From the human T2T-CHM13v2.0 reference genome, Homo sapiens, in assembly GCF_009914755.1 (NCBI RefSeq), contig NC_060934.1: DNA of 64,000 bases; one strand, given 5' to 3'. The notes under the pieces are model-generated. The model searched no databases and was not told the DNA's origin. It saw only the letters and a program-made list of their open reading frames with translations. Below, in pieces: positions 42,421-55,330 of this stretch. Each line of letters opens with the position of its first letter. Within the stretch, counting starts at the first letter, position 1. The translations under genes were made by a program, and so were the position numbers.

Positions 42421-44016
42421 GCCTCCTTGGAGGGATCTCCTTCCATTTTGCTCTCTGTTAGGAGTTACCCCACTGTCAAAGAGATGAACTCCTGGGCCTC
42501 CTAAGACAGCATTTTCCAAAATGTGCTCAATGGAACACAGGTCCTAAGAGGTCTTCTGTAATAAAAGGAATTTTAAGAACTGGGTAAATTAGGGAATAGG
42601 GAATACTCAGAGGATCTCAATGCACATTTAAGACAGCCTTGAGAATTTACTTGACCTTGACACATTTGTTTTACCTATATTTAGTATTTTTGAAAACAAT
42701 ATGGGAAGCTTTAGTCTCTTTTTATACCTATGCCTACGTGCTTAATAGCAAGACAAACCAAACAAAAACCCTTAAGCATTATGGGAAAACCCACTGAGCC
42801 AGATAAAGAGCTCACATATTTGTGAAGAACTAACTCCAAGCTGATAACTAACTCCTGAAATTCCTTATGCCGCCTTCTCTCCCATATCCTGCATCCATTT
42901 AGATTCTTGATTCTGAGCTTTCTTTATCTTTCAAACCTGCCCGCTTCAGCAGAGATAGAATATCCCTGCTGCCAGTGCCTGTTTTCAGAATCTTCATTTC
43001 CACATTTAATCTTCCACACCTCATTTCTCCAATCAATTTCATCTTCCACACTTCATCGAGAAATCTTTCTAAAAAATTGAATGTTAAAGAATACATCTGC
43101 TTGTGCCAAATTTTGTTTTAACACCTCTGCTATCTCTCTGCTGCTTATTAGAAGAAGTTCAAGCCTTTAGCTGGCACATGAAAACTTCACAGTCTTGTTC
43201 CAGTATATACCTTGATACTCTAATCAAGCTGATCACAACATCGTTTTCAACACATTTCGGGCCTTTCATGATGCCTTGTGTGGTGTTCCCTCTGCCCAGA
43301 ATGGTCTTTCCTTCCTTCTTTGCATAGCAAGCCCTATTCCTCCTTTACACCCAGTTAATTATCACCTCCTTATTAAAATCTTTTTAAGTTTTGTGAGACA
43401 AAATTTTGCTACTTTATGTTCTCACAGAGTTCTGTTTCTTTCTCCAAAAGTTTACCCAATATCTTTTTATTTTAATTGCTTTCTTATTTTTCATCTTTAC
43501 TCAACTGTAAACTTTTAAAAATAGAAACTATGTCTTATTTATTTTTTCAGTTTTGTGTGTAATAGCTATTCATGATATGTAGCAAAAATTGAAAGCCCAT
43601 TACAGAGCACCCCAGATATAAATATTTAGTTAAGACGGCTGCTCCATTTTCACTTTCACACTCTCATTTTGAAGTTCAGCTTCATCATACTCCAAGCCTC
43701 TTGGATTTTCACGACTTTCTAAGTTTCACAATTATTTCTTTAGGATTCCTGCCTGAAGTGTGGCAGTTGATCACAATACCATTTCTTTGATTGTCTAGTG
43801 CCTCATGAGCCAAGCTTATCATTTCTGACACAAATATTTGTGATCTAGACCATGTATTTCCTGTGGAGGAGAACATTTTCCTTTTGAGAGGCATCTAAGC
43901 AGTTTCTTAAAAATTTGAAAGTCAGTGAATTGGGCACAACTTTCCCCCATAGCGATGAATGTTTCCTTTGCTATTCTCAGTGACCCTTAGCAAGATAGCA
44001 GTGTTTATGTGTGATG

Positions 44017-44205
44017 CAGCAGTTCTCAAAATGTGGTTCCTTGACCAGCATCAGCAGCACCACTTGGGAAATGAGAAAAGTACAAATTATCTGCCCCCTA
44101 CCTCTGACACACGGAATCAAAAACTTTAGAAGTGGAGCTCTGTAAGCTATGTTTCCACAAGCCCTCCAGCTGAGTGTGAAGCACACTAAAGTTTAAGAAC
44201 CACTG
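44017..44205 (+). mobile_element. MER5A hAT MITE, complete
   Basis: TIRs cagcagttctcaaa / tttaagaaccactg, 189 bp. Confidence 0.9.
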
Positions 44206-44269
44206 CTGTAAGAGCTTGGGCTTCCAAAACAGACTACTTGGATTCAAATGCTAGTTCTACTTCTACACC

Positions 44270-44780
44270 TTGTGTGTTTCCTGACACCTCTGGTGCTCCA
44301 TCTCACATCCTCTTGGTCTGCATTTTTCTCCTGCCATTGCTGGGATACTTATCCCAGTCATACTTTGCCTCAGCCGCACTCGTCTCTTGCTTTGTGCTTT
44401 GTCATCACCACGTGGGACACCTGTAGAAACCTGTTCAACACTCTGATGCATGCACAAGCCTGAAAATGCAGGGAAATTAACTACTTGTGGGACAAACCTT
44501 TAACCAATGGAGATGGGAGTCATTAATTAGTCTCTTCTGTTTCTTAAGGACAATTTTGTGGCTTGTTGTCTTCAGCTCCTCAGAACATCTCAGGAGTATT
44601 GAGACTCTTTGCCCACTCAGTGACCATGTCAGTTACACACATTGGACTGGCTTTCCCTGCTTCCCTCTTTCACTCTTCTCAGTCCCCCATTACTAGTCAT
44701 TAGGGCCACCTCCCAAAATAAACTACTAATTGGCAGGCAAGTCCATGCGTCTGGCCTTTTGGGGAATTCCAGGTTAGACA
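44270..44780 (+). mobile_element. LTR16-family ERVL solo LTR
   Basis: aaacctttaaccaatggagatgggag, cacctcccaaaataaactact and the end ccaggttagaca. Confidence 0.7.
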
Positions 44781-46552
44781 TCTTATGAACACACAATTTA
44801 AAAATATATAATATTACATGGTAGTTCAATAGAGGCATTTCTACAGAGAGATACCTAATACAGATGCGTTTTGGCGGTATGTTCAAAGTTGTTAACATAT
44901 GGAAAATCAGGATTGTAACCCTTGAAACAGTTTGTGAGGAAGCGGTAGGTTGTTGGGTGCAGAATGCATCAAATTTACAGTCTGGTGATTTACATCAAAT
45001 TTATAGTCAGTGATTGAGGAAGGCATCTGAGAGCGGCAAGGAATTTGTCTCTGTGGCCTAGCAAAACTTGTAAACAATCAAGCCCCAAAACCACCTAGAA
45101 TCAACATCAAGGCAAATCCATTCTCCAACATGATTTTTTCTCCTGAAATCTGTAGGGTGCTCCTCTGGGACCATTTTCTCTGTGCTCTTTGTGTTAATTT
45201 GGTATTTAATTTTATCTATAGAAGAATCATGGTGGGGGTTGGAGGGCAGTTTGCAGTAAAATCTACTTGTGGAGAATTCTACAGTGCTTAAAAGCTGAAA
45301 CCACTGGATTCCCAAGAACCCACTGTAATATACTGTGTGAAGTTTGAGTCTGGTTTTTAGAGACAATTCAACAGTATCAGAATTTTTTACAGATACCCAC
45401 ATACTTTCAAGGGTAAAGAGTTTGGTTGGGAAACTAAGTTTTCCAGTTTGACCAACAGCAGGGTATTAATAATGGAAAGGGTGGTAAGGAGAGCAGTGTG
45501 GTGTGATGGGAAAAAGCAAGGTATTTGCATTCAAAAGATATGCAGTAATTACTTCTGCTATCCTGCTTATGTCCTATTACTCCCTTTAGACTCAGTTCTC
45601 TGAATATTAAATATAAAAAGCATGAATTATCTCTTCTACAAAGCCTAGCTGTAATATGACATGACGATTTGAAAATTATGGCTATAAGTGTGGTGTGAGT
45701 GTGTAAGTCTGTGTGTGGGATATGTTTGTGTGTGATCATATTACTGCATGTAATATCCTTTTGTGGCTTTTGAGGTAGAATCTCAGCTCTTTAGACTTGT
45801 CTTATAAAATTCTTCATGATTACAATCTGGTCTATGTCTCCAGCCAGTCTCTTGTTTTATACTCTATACATACTAAATGTCCAGTCACCCCAGACTATTA
45901 TGTCTCTTGCCTGTAGCCCCTCAAACATGTTGTTACTCTGTCTGTCAGGGTCTCTATCCTTCCCCTGGCTTTTATCTACCAGCCCTTCAAGTCCCAAATA
46001 ATTATAAAAGCAATAATAATACTAGTTATAGTATACTAGTAATGATAGTTTGAGTAACACTGAGACAAGAATAATAGTATTGACTATATCTTTGCAGAGC
46101 TTACTGTGTCCAGCGACTATGCTAATAACTTTTCATACATCATCTCATTTAATTTTTATCCCAGACTTATGAGGTTGTTTTATTGTTTTCATTTTAAACA
46201 TTAAGGAACAAAGGCCTGAAAAAGTGCCTGCTCAAAGTCTTTTCCTCCTGAAAGACCTTCCTGATCTCTGAAATCTCCAGTGGCTTCCCATGCTATGGGC
46301 TCCTCTAGCACCAATAATAGCAACTAACACTACATGATGATATCCACGATGCTCCAAAAGGAAGTCTTGCTTACTATTACATTATTTATTACTGGCACAG
46401 TATTTAGTACATAGTACACACTAAATAAATAATGACTGAATGAATGAACTAATAGACTCAGAGCTCTCCTTTCACAAGATTGTGATTTAGTATACTAAAC
46501 ATCAGTGTATCCCATTCCTCAATTTTGTCCATCCTCCCTTTGCTCTATAATT

Positions 46553-46660
46553 TCTAGTTACTGAATGCATACTCATACTCAGTTACTATATCTGTAGCTA
46601 TATATATATATATGTAAATATATAATTATATATATACTGAGTATGCACTCAGTAACTAGA
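46553..46660. repeat. Inverted repeat (23-bp arms, 1 mismatch) around a TA-rich spacer
   Basis: tctagttactgaatgcatactca (46553-46575) versus tgagtatgcactcagtaactaga (46638-46660). Confidence 0.95.
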
Positions 46661-49059
46661 TGCTCAGTATCTGAACCCTTGCCAAGCTTCAGTAGCAGGT
46701 AGGACCCTATCTCTCATTAAGAAAGCCAAAAGGCTTGCAAGGATATTCCTTCAGCCATGACTGTCTTCTGATTGCCATTGCAGTTACAACACATGGAGCT
46801 GCTCCTGGCTCTGCTGCTTTGTGAATTACTAGAATTTATGTAGTATTATTTCCTGAGCTGTGTATGGAAGTCAGAAAAGGCTCACAAATAGGAGGAACCT
46901 CCCACAAATTCCAGACTGTCTCTCTCCGTGTCCCCCATAAACAGGATAATATGAGAGCTTCAAGATTCAACTTGCTTGCCTCTGGAGTGGTCCTTAGGTA
47001 GTTGGGCACCCATCCTACTTGGCAGAAATTCCATATAGATTAATGTGAGTTGTGAGTGGGGTACAATGAATTTCTCAGTAAAGGAATAAAATAACATGCC
47101 AAGGTTTGTCCCTCATTTGAGATACTCTTTCTGGCTAATTTTATCTTTCTTGCAATTGGATTACAGCCAGATCCACTTTCACTTTTCAAAACCCAGAGAC
47201 ACCACAAGTTAATAGGATAGTCTTCCCTGTTAGTCATCAGAGACCTCAATTAACTGTAGATTCTGCCACAATCAAAAGGAAAGTTGGCAATCTTAGTTAA
47301 AGCCAAAACTTCACTTAAACATTTTCTCTTGCAGAGATACAGGTGTGACAAGGGTATTCCAGTTATAGTTTCAGAATCCACTGCTTATAAAGTATCATTT
47401 CCTTGTGTATACAGACTCATGCACTTAGGGTTCTACCACAGCAGCTGCTTCACATTTTGAAATTGAAGCAAAAGGAATTTCAAAAACAAGCAGATGTGGT
47501 GTGATAGGATTACCGGGTGGGGTCTGGGGTCCTAAATGTTGTTCTTGACTATATTGTGGATCTGACGGTTTTGTAGGAATATCCTGGCTCCCACCTTTAG
47601 CATCTGTTTCCAGATTAAATTGGGTTAGAGTAAGTGTCTAGGGCAGTCCCTGTAAGGCAAAATATTTTTTAAAAAATTTTAAATGTAGTTTGAGAAGTGT
47701 AGAAGGAGGAAGGACAGTCCCATACCATGTTTTGGTGGTGATGGGCAGGGTCTTCTCAGCAGCTTCTGAAGTTCTGGGTGGCCTGAGTCTGTGGTCTGTG
47801 GGAATGGACCTAATTTTCCAACCCCTGGGGTGGCTCTGAGTCAACCTAATCATGAGAATACTTTGGTAAACTATGTAAACGGAGAAAAACGCAGCTTCTC
47901 TGACCCTAAACTTTCCAACTCAGACAGGGGAATGAGGAGCCTTGAATCCAGATGTGTTGTCCACAGTGTTAGACAGCCAGATGTTGAGAACCAGCTGTCT
48001 CATAGACTCATTTGTCTTCTTTAATTTTTGTCCAAATGTGTGCCAACAGCAGGATCCAGCGGAAAGTTTTATTGCAATCTCCCTTCTTCTCATAACTTCT
48101 CTGTGAATGCTGGCACCACTAAAAAGGTGATAGGAATGGGTGTAGGAGTGGCAAACCATAGCACTAAGATACTTTTAAAAACTGAGACGGAAGGATGCTG
48201 ATCACCTCTGATCTACCACATGACACCTTACAGGAGAGAAGAAAACGGGGAAGTCTGACTCCACTGAGCTTTACCACAGTCAGTAGCTGTTTGGGACACG
48301 TAATCTCAATCTCAAGCTTTCTGAAACAGAATCATCTAGAAGTGCTTGCTAAAAATACATATTCTAGATTCCTGCCCTTCATATATGGAATTTGGGGCCA
48401 GGAAACATGAATTTTTAAAAGTTCCTGGTATGATTCTTAAGTACTCCAAAGTTTGAGGACTTTTGCATATTTGACAGTACAGGCACTGTGCTCCAGCTAC
48501 TGTGAAGATCCACTGAACTGCTTAACCATAATAAAGTTATATTTATTTAAGTCATAAAATACCCCCCAAGTTACTATCCCAGTGGGGTCTCTATTCTACC
48601 ACATTTTACCCCTAAATTCCAGTTGCTAACTCTCATTCACGTTATTCCTGATGCCTGCCTAGCCTTCTTACCTCGTTTCCTGGCTCTTGCTAGTTTCAGG
48701 AACACAAAAATCTTAAAATGCCAGAGCTCGAAGGGACCAATGCTCCCAACAAATAGATACTGAGAATCTAGCATTGTTTTAAGGAGCTCCAATCTGAGGA
48801 GCCAGAGCCATATCAGTCCAGAGGCAACACCATCTAAAGCAAGCAACAGATACATTGCCCTTTTGTTGCCGTTTTTCTGTTTGTGACTAGTTCTCTATAA
48901 GAATAGGTTCTGTGTATTATCATCATTATAATCCCATGCATTTAGCACATGTCTGCATATTACAAGCTTATGACAAAAATCTGTTTAATATAGGAAAGAA
49001 GGAAGGAAATAATTTTCTTAAACAAAATTCATGTGGACCTGAGCTACCACTAATAGCCT

Positions 49060-49487
49060 TTATGCAGCCGAGACTGTTGGTGTTCATCAGTAACTGGTGC
49101 CATCAATAAACTGCATTAATTTTCTTGTGGGCACAAAACCACACTTTCCAGTCTCCTTTGTGGTAGGTGTGGTTGGTCACGCAACTGAGTTCAAACCAAA
49201 GAAAAGTGAGTAGAATTGAAAGGTACCACTTCATGTCTTGGACCATGAAGACCTCCTAAACTGGATTCTTGTTCTATTTCCCCATCCACCAATTAAATGG
49301 AGTTGACTAAGGCCCTAGAGGAAAGTGGATCGACAAGACTATAGAGCCTTCAGTCTCTGACTATGTGGAACTAAAGCCCCCTGGCCTTCACTGGATTATA
49401 TGTGGGCAAGAAAGAAGCTTCTATGTTCTGCGTCCATGAAAATTTTGCATTGTTTATTACATCATGTAGCCCATTCAACTAGTTATG
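49060..49487 (+). mobile_element. Old MaLR LTR (MLT1I/J-like)
   Basis: cactttccagtctcctttgtggtaggtgtgg...actgagttc...gtgggcaagaaagaagcttctatgt. Confidence 0.65.
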
Positions 49488-49748
49488 CTTGGAAACAGTC
49501 ATGTTCTCACAGTTTTTGCCATTTGCCATGATGTTGCATTAGCCAGATGTCATTGAAATCATATTTCTCTCAGTCTTAAGTTTCCTGGTTCCAGAGAGTC
49601 TGCACTTACCAGATCTATGGTCACTAGCCAAAGAGTCAAGATCTCTGTTTCTTCAAAGTGGTGAATAATACAAGAAAGAATCTACACTGAAGAGAAGAAG
49701 GTAATATGTTAGGCCAATTTTCATCATTACCAAAGTGACCCAGTCATG

Positions 49749-49869
49749 AGGGCCAACTTCACAGGCTGTATGCTTAGTTTATGGTTCTGCTGTTGCCATC
49801 TTCAAATACTTAATACTTTCTTACCATTTCATTTTGCACTGGGCTCCACAAACAATGCAGCCAGTCCTG
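49749..49869 (+). mobile_element. MER53-like hAT MITE
   Basis: agggccaacttca...atttcattttgcactgggctccacaaa...gcagccagtcctg. Confidence 0.72.
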
Positions 49870-50585
49870 CCCACCATAATTAAAGGAAACAAACAGTTGC
49901 CCATTGGCCTGTCTTTGACTTCTACCCCCTGGGCAACTGGCTGCAAGACTTTTTGAACTATGGGAGTATGAGCTCAAAGACTACACATGATCAGTAGTTG
50001 CCCATGCCACAACTTCATCTCACATCTGCCCTGAACTATGGATGTTTCTCTAAACTCTGACCTTCCTTACTCTTTGGAAGATACCTTGAGGTGAGGGTAG
50101 CAACGTATTCCAGTGTAATTCCCCAGCAAGGAAACGGAAGCTTTCTTTTATAAAAACTAGCAAGAAGCCATGCCACCATTTTGAGAGTTTTCTGGCTCTG
50201 GCTCTGGCTTTGCTTTGATACAACATCCCCCACCCTCATCTTAATGTTTGAATAATCTTCTGTTGTTGTGAAGCTCCTGGTTTCTGATTCCTGATCTAGA
50301 GATTACCCTGATTTTTCATTACTGATTTGCAACCTCAATTACCTGAGACTTCAGATGTTTTAGATTCTCCTCTCAGTGCCAATGTCCTTGTCCATCTTCA
50401 CATGGCTCCTCATGGACATCCCACTGATCCTTCTAACTTTCTTTCCATTCAGGTCCTGGAATGTGCCCTGCAGTTCTAGTTTGCCTGTTAGTTCTTGGCT
50501 AGGTTTTTCTTGTTGTTGTTGTTGTTGTTTACACAAGTCAGACTTCAAATTTTGCTATCATTATCAGAGGTATTCTTCTCTTTTT

Positions 50586-51153
50586 ATGTATTTATCTATT
50601 TTTGTTTATTTATTAAGGGTTCAGCTATTTATTGAACATGTTATAAAACAAGTTTAGTCAAAAAGACCAAAGCCCATGTCCTAGTCAGGCTCCTCAGATT
50701 CTTCTTTTTTTGCTTCCACTTCCCTCTCCTCAGCTGAGGCAGCAGTGGTGGAAGTGGCAGGACCTCCTGCTTGTGCGGTGCAGGCTGCTGGAGCCATCTA
50801 CCAACCCCTGCATTGCAAAGGAGGCTGCCGATATTGACACTGGCCAGGGCTTTTGCAAAGAAGCTAGGCCAAAAGGGCTCGACAGTTACAGCAGCTGCTT
50901 TAATGAGGTTATTGAATTTATCCTCCGTGATGGTCACCTCATTGCTTTGCAGAATGAGGGCCCAGTAGATGCAGACAATCTTGGGTGAAAGTGGGACCGG
51001 AGCTGCCGGCCCACAGTACTACTTGTGAGAAGTAGCACCATACCCGGCAGCTCGAGACTCACATTCACCACATTGTGGGTGGGGGGCCTCACTGCAATGT
51101 GGCCTTAGCTTTTTCAGAAGGACCGAGCACCTTGGCAGCAGCTGAGGGAAGGG
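50586..51153 (-). pseudogene. RPLP1: Processed pseudogene of ribosomal stalk protein P1 (RPLP1)
   Basis: Intronless. Translates CIYWALIL...TITEDKFNNLIKAAAVTVEPFWPSFFAKALASVNIGSLLCNAG and, after a frameshift, the C-terminal MGFGLFD* (stop at 50654-50656). It has a 5' TOP-like start cccttccctcagctgctgccaaggtgctcggtcc, AATAAA (50628-50633, minus), a decayed poly-A and a degenerate TSD (50572-50585 / 51154-51167). The ATG region is deleted. Confidence 0.97.
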
Positions 51154-51727
51154 ACTCTTCCCGTTTTAATGTGGTCTTAACCAATGTTTAACAACTAGTT
51201 GTTTAGGGGAAAGGGGAAGAAAAGCCCCCATTTGGCTACCTTATTTTTTCACCAAAATTGCTTATTGATATTTCTATCTCCAGTCTTTCCCCTTTCTAAC
51301 CTTGTCTCTGTATCACTTTCTAAAATGCGATGTCAGCATGTTATAACCTAGGTTAAAATCCTTTAGTAATATCTCACTGCCTGGAGGAAAAAGTCACGCA
51401 TGGTCTTTCGTGACCTTGGTTCAATTTACTTCTTCAGCTTCATCTGTCAGCCTTCCATCTCTTATTCTATGCTGTAGCTAAACTTGAAATTCCCCCACAA
51501 TGTAGTAGGGTTTTTTTTTTTACCTCTGAACATTTGCATATGGTATTCCTCTGCCCAGAATGTTCTTTTCCTGCTTTTTTTCACGTTGCTTATTCCTGTT
51601 CATCGTCAGGAGGTTGTTAGATTCTACGTCCTCCTAGAACTGTTCCTGATATCCTCCAGGATGGTTTTATTTGTTTATCCTCTATTCTCATAGTACATTG
51701 TTATCTATACTAATAATGACACTTGCA

Positions 51728-52219
51728 TGTATCAGGGTCTCAGCAGGAAACAGACAACATACTCCAACTGGACAATTTGAGAAGAGTTTAATAAAGCAAA
51801 GGAATAGTCGGGATTTAGGGGAACCAATAATAGATAGTTCAGTACCACCTGGTACTAGTAGCATCAGAAAGTATTTCCACCCTAAGCTTGATGAAGAAAA
51901 GAGAAGTAGTTAATACAAGCCAAAGAGAATGCCTGAGCCTTATAAAGGCTGTGGCCCTTTGTAGAAAGATCCACAGCAACTCCGCAATGAGGGATCCTGG
52001 GAAATACATACTCAGCCTCACATTCCTCATGTCCTCCAGTCTACTGCCAATGACTTCAATGAACTGAATCCAACCAGAAGCCAAAGGGTAAATGGAGACT
52101 GATATAATTCATAATATATCTGATCTATAAAGTTCAGCCTCCTAGTTCCTAGGTCATAGAATAGGACTGAGAAAAGTAGAGTGTGAATCTAGAAGGACAA
52201 ACACAAGGTATCCAGCACA
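51728..52219 (-). mobile_element. LTR33/LTR41-family ERVL solo LTR
   Basis: The minus strand starts tgtgctggata...tttgtccttctagattcacactct and ends ctgtttcctgctgagaccctgataca. A related fragment lies at about 24165-24340 on the plus strand. Confidence 0.75.
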
Positions 52220-52224
52220 AACTG

Positions 52225-52435
52225 ATGCCCATTTATTGAATACCTATTTTATTTGACAAATGGTATTCCTGGTTCATAAAAGTGCCCTACATTATATATA
52301 AAGTTATGTCCATTTTACAAGTGAGAAAACTGAGGTTTGGCTAGCAAGGCTAGCTAACAGGTGGCATAGTACAGATTCAAATCCATTTATATCTGGGTCT
52401 GAAGGCTGAGCTCTTGCCACTTTCCCATACTGCCA
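52225..52435 (-). mobile_element. MIR SINE
   Basis: ccattttacaagtgagaaaactgagg core. Confidence 0.75.
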
Positions 52436-55129
52436 TTACTGGTGTGGTGTTTTTTCTCATCCACTAGACTATAGTCTACTTGAGTACAAGGTTAACATTT
52501 CATTTATCTTTATATCACTCGTGCCTTGTGCAGTGGCTAACCCATAGTAGATAGAGTAGATGATAGATATTTGTGGAATTGATTAACAAAAATAACTGAA
52601 TGATTCAGAATTTTAATTTATATAAGTGGGGATTGGATAATTGGAGTCTGCCAGGGGATGTTAATGGATCATATCTGGCACTAAGACACCTCTTTGTGAC
52701 TGTCCTTTATAAATAATTGCCCTCCTCTTCATATTAAAGAGAGAATAAAAGTTTATCTGGTCTCTTAGCCATAATGGAGTGTAACAAAAGCTGACAATAA
52801 GTGGGTTTTCTGTATGCTGATCATTTTCCATCTTCCCCCTGACTTGGCTAAGAGCTGAGGGTAACGAACAATGGAGCTTGCTTTCCCCAGTTCTTCCTCT
52901 ATGACTTTTTTTTCGAGTTGCTATGTCCCTTTCTAATGGTTCATTTCTCTTTCCCTTTCACTTAACTTGGCTTTTATATGTCTGTCCATCACTGGCTCTC
53001 TAACTATCAGCTAGGCTAGCCTGACTCTTTTATAACTTTCAAAGGAAGCTGCCTGCTCTGAATGTATGATGCTAGAGAATGGGTCTTGGTAAGTCCTTAA
53101 GAACAGTTGTTTATGTTATTTCAAAGGTTGCCAAGTAATAAATAGTTGTTTGAAAGTGAAGGGTAAATTGGTATTTCACCACCCTGTTCTCTGCTGTTCT
53201 TGTGATGGCTCAAATCATAAAACATCATGTTTTGACGTTCATAGGAAGATTTCACCAACTGGGGGTTACTGAGTGGGCAGAGACATTCACTTTCCTACTC
53301 AGTGCCCTGGACACTACTCAATCCTAGCCCAGTTGGAACTACACTGTTTGAACCTTTGAAACTCTGAAACTGATTGAAGCTTCTGAGCCAACAAAAGAGG
53401 CAAAGGGCCTTTGTGCTTCAGCAAGGAAATGTTCCAGTTCTTTTGCACTTTCCTAATGAAGGCTGGCCCAGGAGCCCTGGTGTCCCTGGAACACAGAGGG
53501 AGTTGTAGGGAATAAAGGCAACTTGACTCTTTGGGGTCATTCCTCTCTTCCCAGGGACTTTTATGGATAATCTTCCAGCCATTGAGAGGTTTGGTACTCA
53601 TTCAGATCTCATAGCTTTGTATTTGGATGAGAATTTTTTTAAAAAAGAACTATCTAGTGTATTGCTGAATTGCATCAGATATTCCAGTGTATAAACTCTG
53701 ATGCATACCTTGTCTCATTTTTCACATCCTCACCCAGCTTCACCCATTTAGGTCACCTGACTAGCCTTGTAGTGATTTCAGTTTGCTATCCCAAATTTAG
53801 TTTGTAATTTATAGTACTATGAAGATGTAAATTATTTACCAGTGCTGTTATTGTTGGAGCAAGGTATTAATTCTAATGCCATGTAATGCCTTTAGTAAGC
53901 TGAGTGATGAGACAAGAATCTTCTCTCCTGACACAATTTTAGAAAATGTGGTATTTTTAAAAGCTAAGAACCCAAATTCAAAATTTGATTGTAATACATT
54001 GTGTTATATATCTGCATATGGAAACTGAGGTAAATAAACAGCAGGCCTGAAAGAAGTTTGAGAATTTCATCCCCCAATCCTCAATTTTATAAATTAGCTA
54101 TTTGGTATGCAGAGCAATTATTGGACATAAATTCGTATGTAAGGTGATAACTATGTCCTACTGGTCATCCACCATAAATCTTCAAATTTGCAGAACGAAT
54201 GAGGTTAATTATGGCGTAGCATCTGAGTCTACAATGAAAGAATACAATGTGAAAGATGGTTCTGATACCGCTTAGAAGCATCTGGCCCTAATCAGACTCC
54301 AATTTTAGACCCAATCCTACCTAAAGTTTTCTATAATTTATTACATCAGAAGATTCAAAGAGTTATTTTTATACAGAGAAAATTGGACTCAAGTAAAAGT
54401 TATTTTCATCACTCCATCTAATTACAAAGCTGAGCACAGAACTATGACTATTCAAACATGTTGCAGATATAATAAAGAGAGTGAATAGCAACGAAAGCTG
54501 GTCTTGAATAGCTGCCAGGATAAGCAAAGATGGGGGAAATGACTCTCATGATTGGAGGGGAAATTAAGGAAACAGTAATTTCTTTTCAAAATGTTCACAT
54601 ACCATTTATTAGGTATTTTAAGAGTTTGGGGGTAGCTATGAGTTTTAGTATTCCTTAGTTGCATGTAGCTTATTCCAGCAATGAACTGTGATTTTATTAT
54701 AACTGACTTCAAGGGATATGGTCTACCACTGAGAAAAAGGGAAGAGAAGACTTATGGCTGGGCCAGGGAATGTGAATTCAGTCAAACATACATACGGTCT
54801 AAATTTAAGCTACAGTTCATATCTCTTTGGGTAATTCTTTCCTTCCTTTAGGTTAGCACAAAACTACATCAGCACTGAGGAGGAAATCATTAGCTTTGAG
54901 GAGAGAAAATTTAGGCAAAAACAACACCCTGAAAATTTAGCATGACTTGGGAGAGCTCATGAGTCAGCCAACTATTTTGAGTTCTTAAAAAAAGAAAAGA
55001 ACTTTCTTTGGTCCAGACGAAAACTTTAACTTCTTCTCAACCTTTAATTACTCCTGAGCAGACTAAACAAATTTTAGCTTATCTAGTTTCCTCCTAATAC
55101 ATTTCTGCTGAGAGGCAGTCTGCATACAA

Positions 55130-55330
55130 GTCAGAGAAACCTGAAATTAAATCTAAACCATGTAGCTTATAGCCATGTGACACTGAGTAAATCACAATCT
55201 GTCTAGAATCTAACTTTCTCATCTGTAAAATAGGGTAAATAATGGCAATTTTTAGCGTTGGTGTGAGGGGTAAGTGAAAAGAGATAAACTTCAACAAATA
55301 GTAGTTCTTAATTTCTGATGAACACATTAT
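55130..55330 (+). mobile_element. MIR SINE
   Basis: tttctcatctgtaaaatagggtaaataat core. Confidence 0.7.

Noticed and set aside
50641-50937. 98-aa ORF as a functional RPLP1 retrogene
   Set aside because: No true ATG (the N-terminus is deleted), and a frameshift removes the acidic C-terminal stalk motif from the frame.
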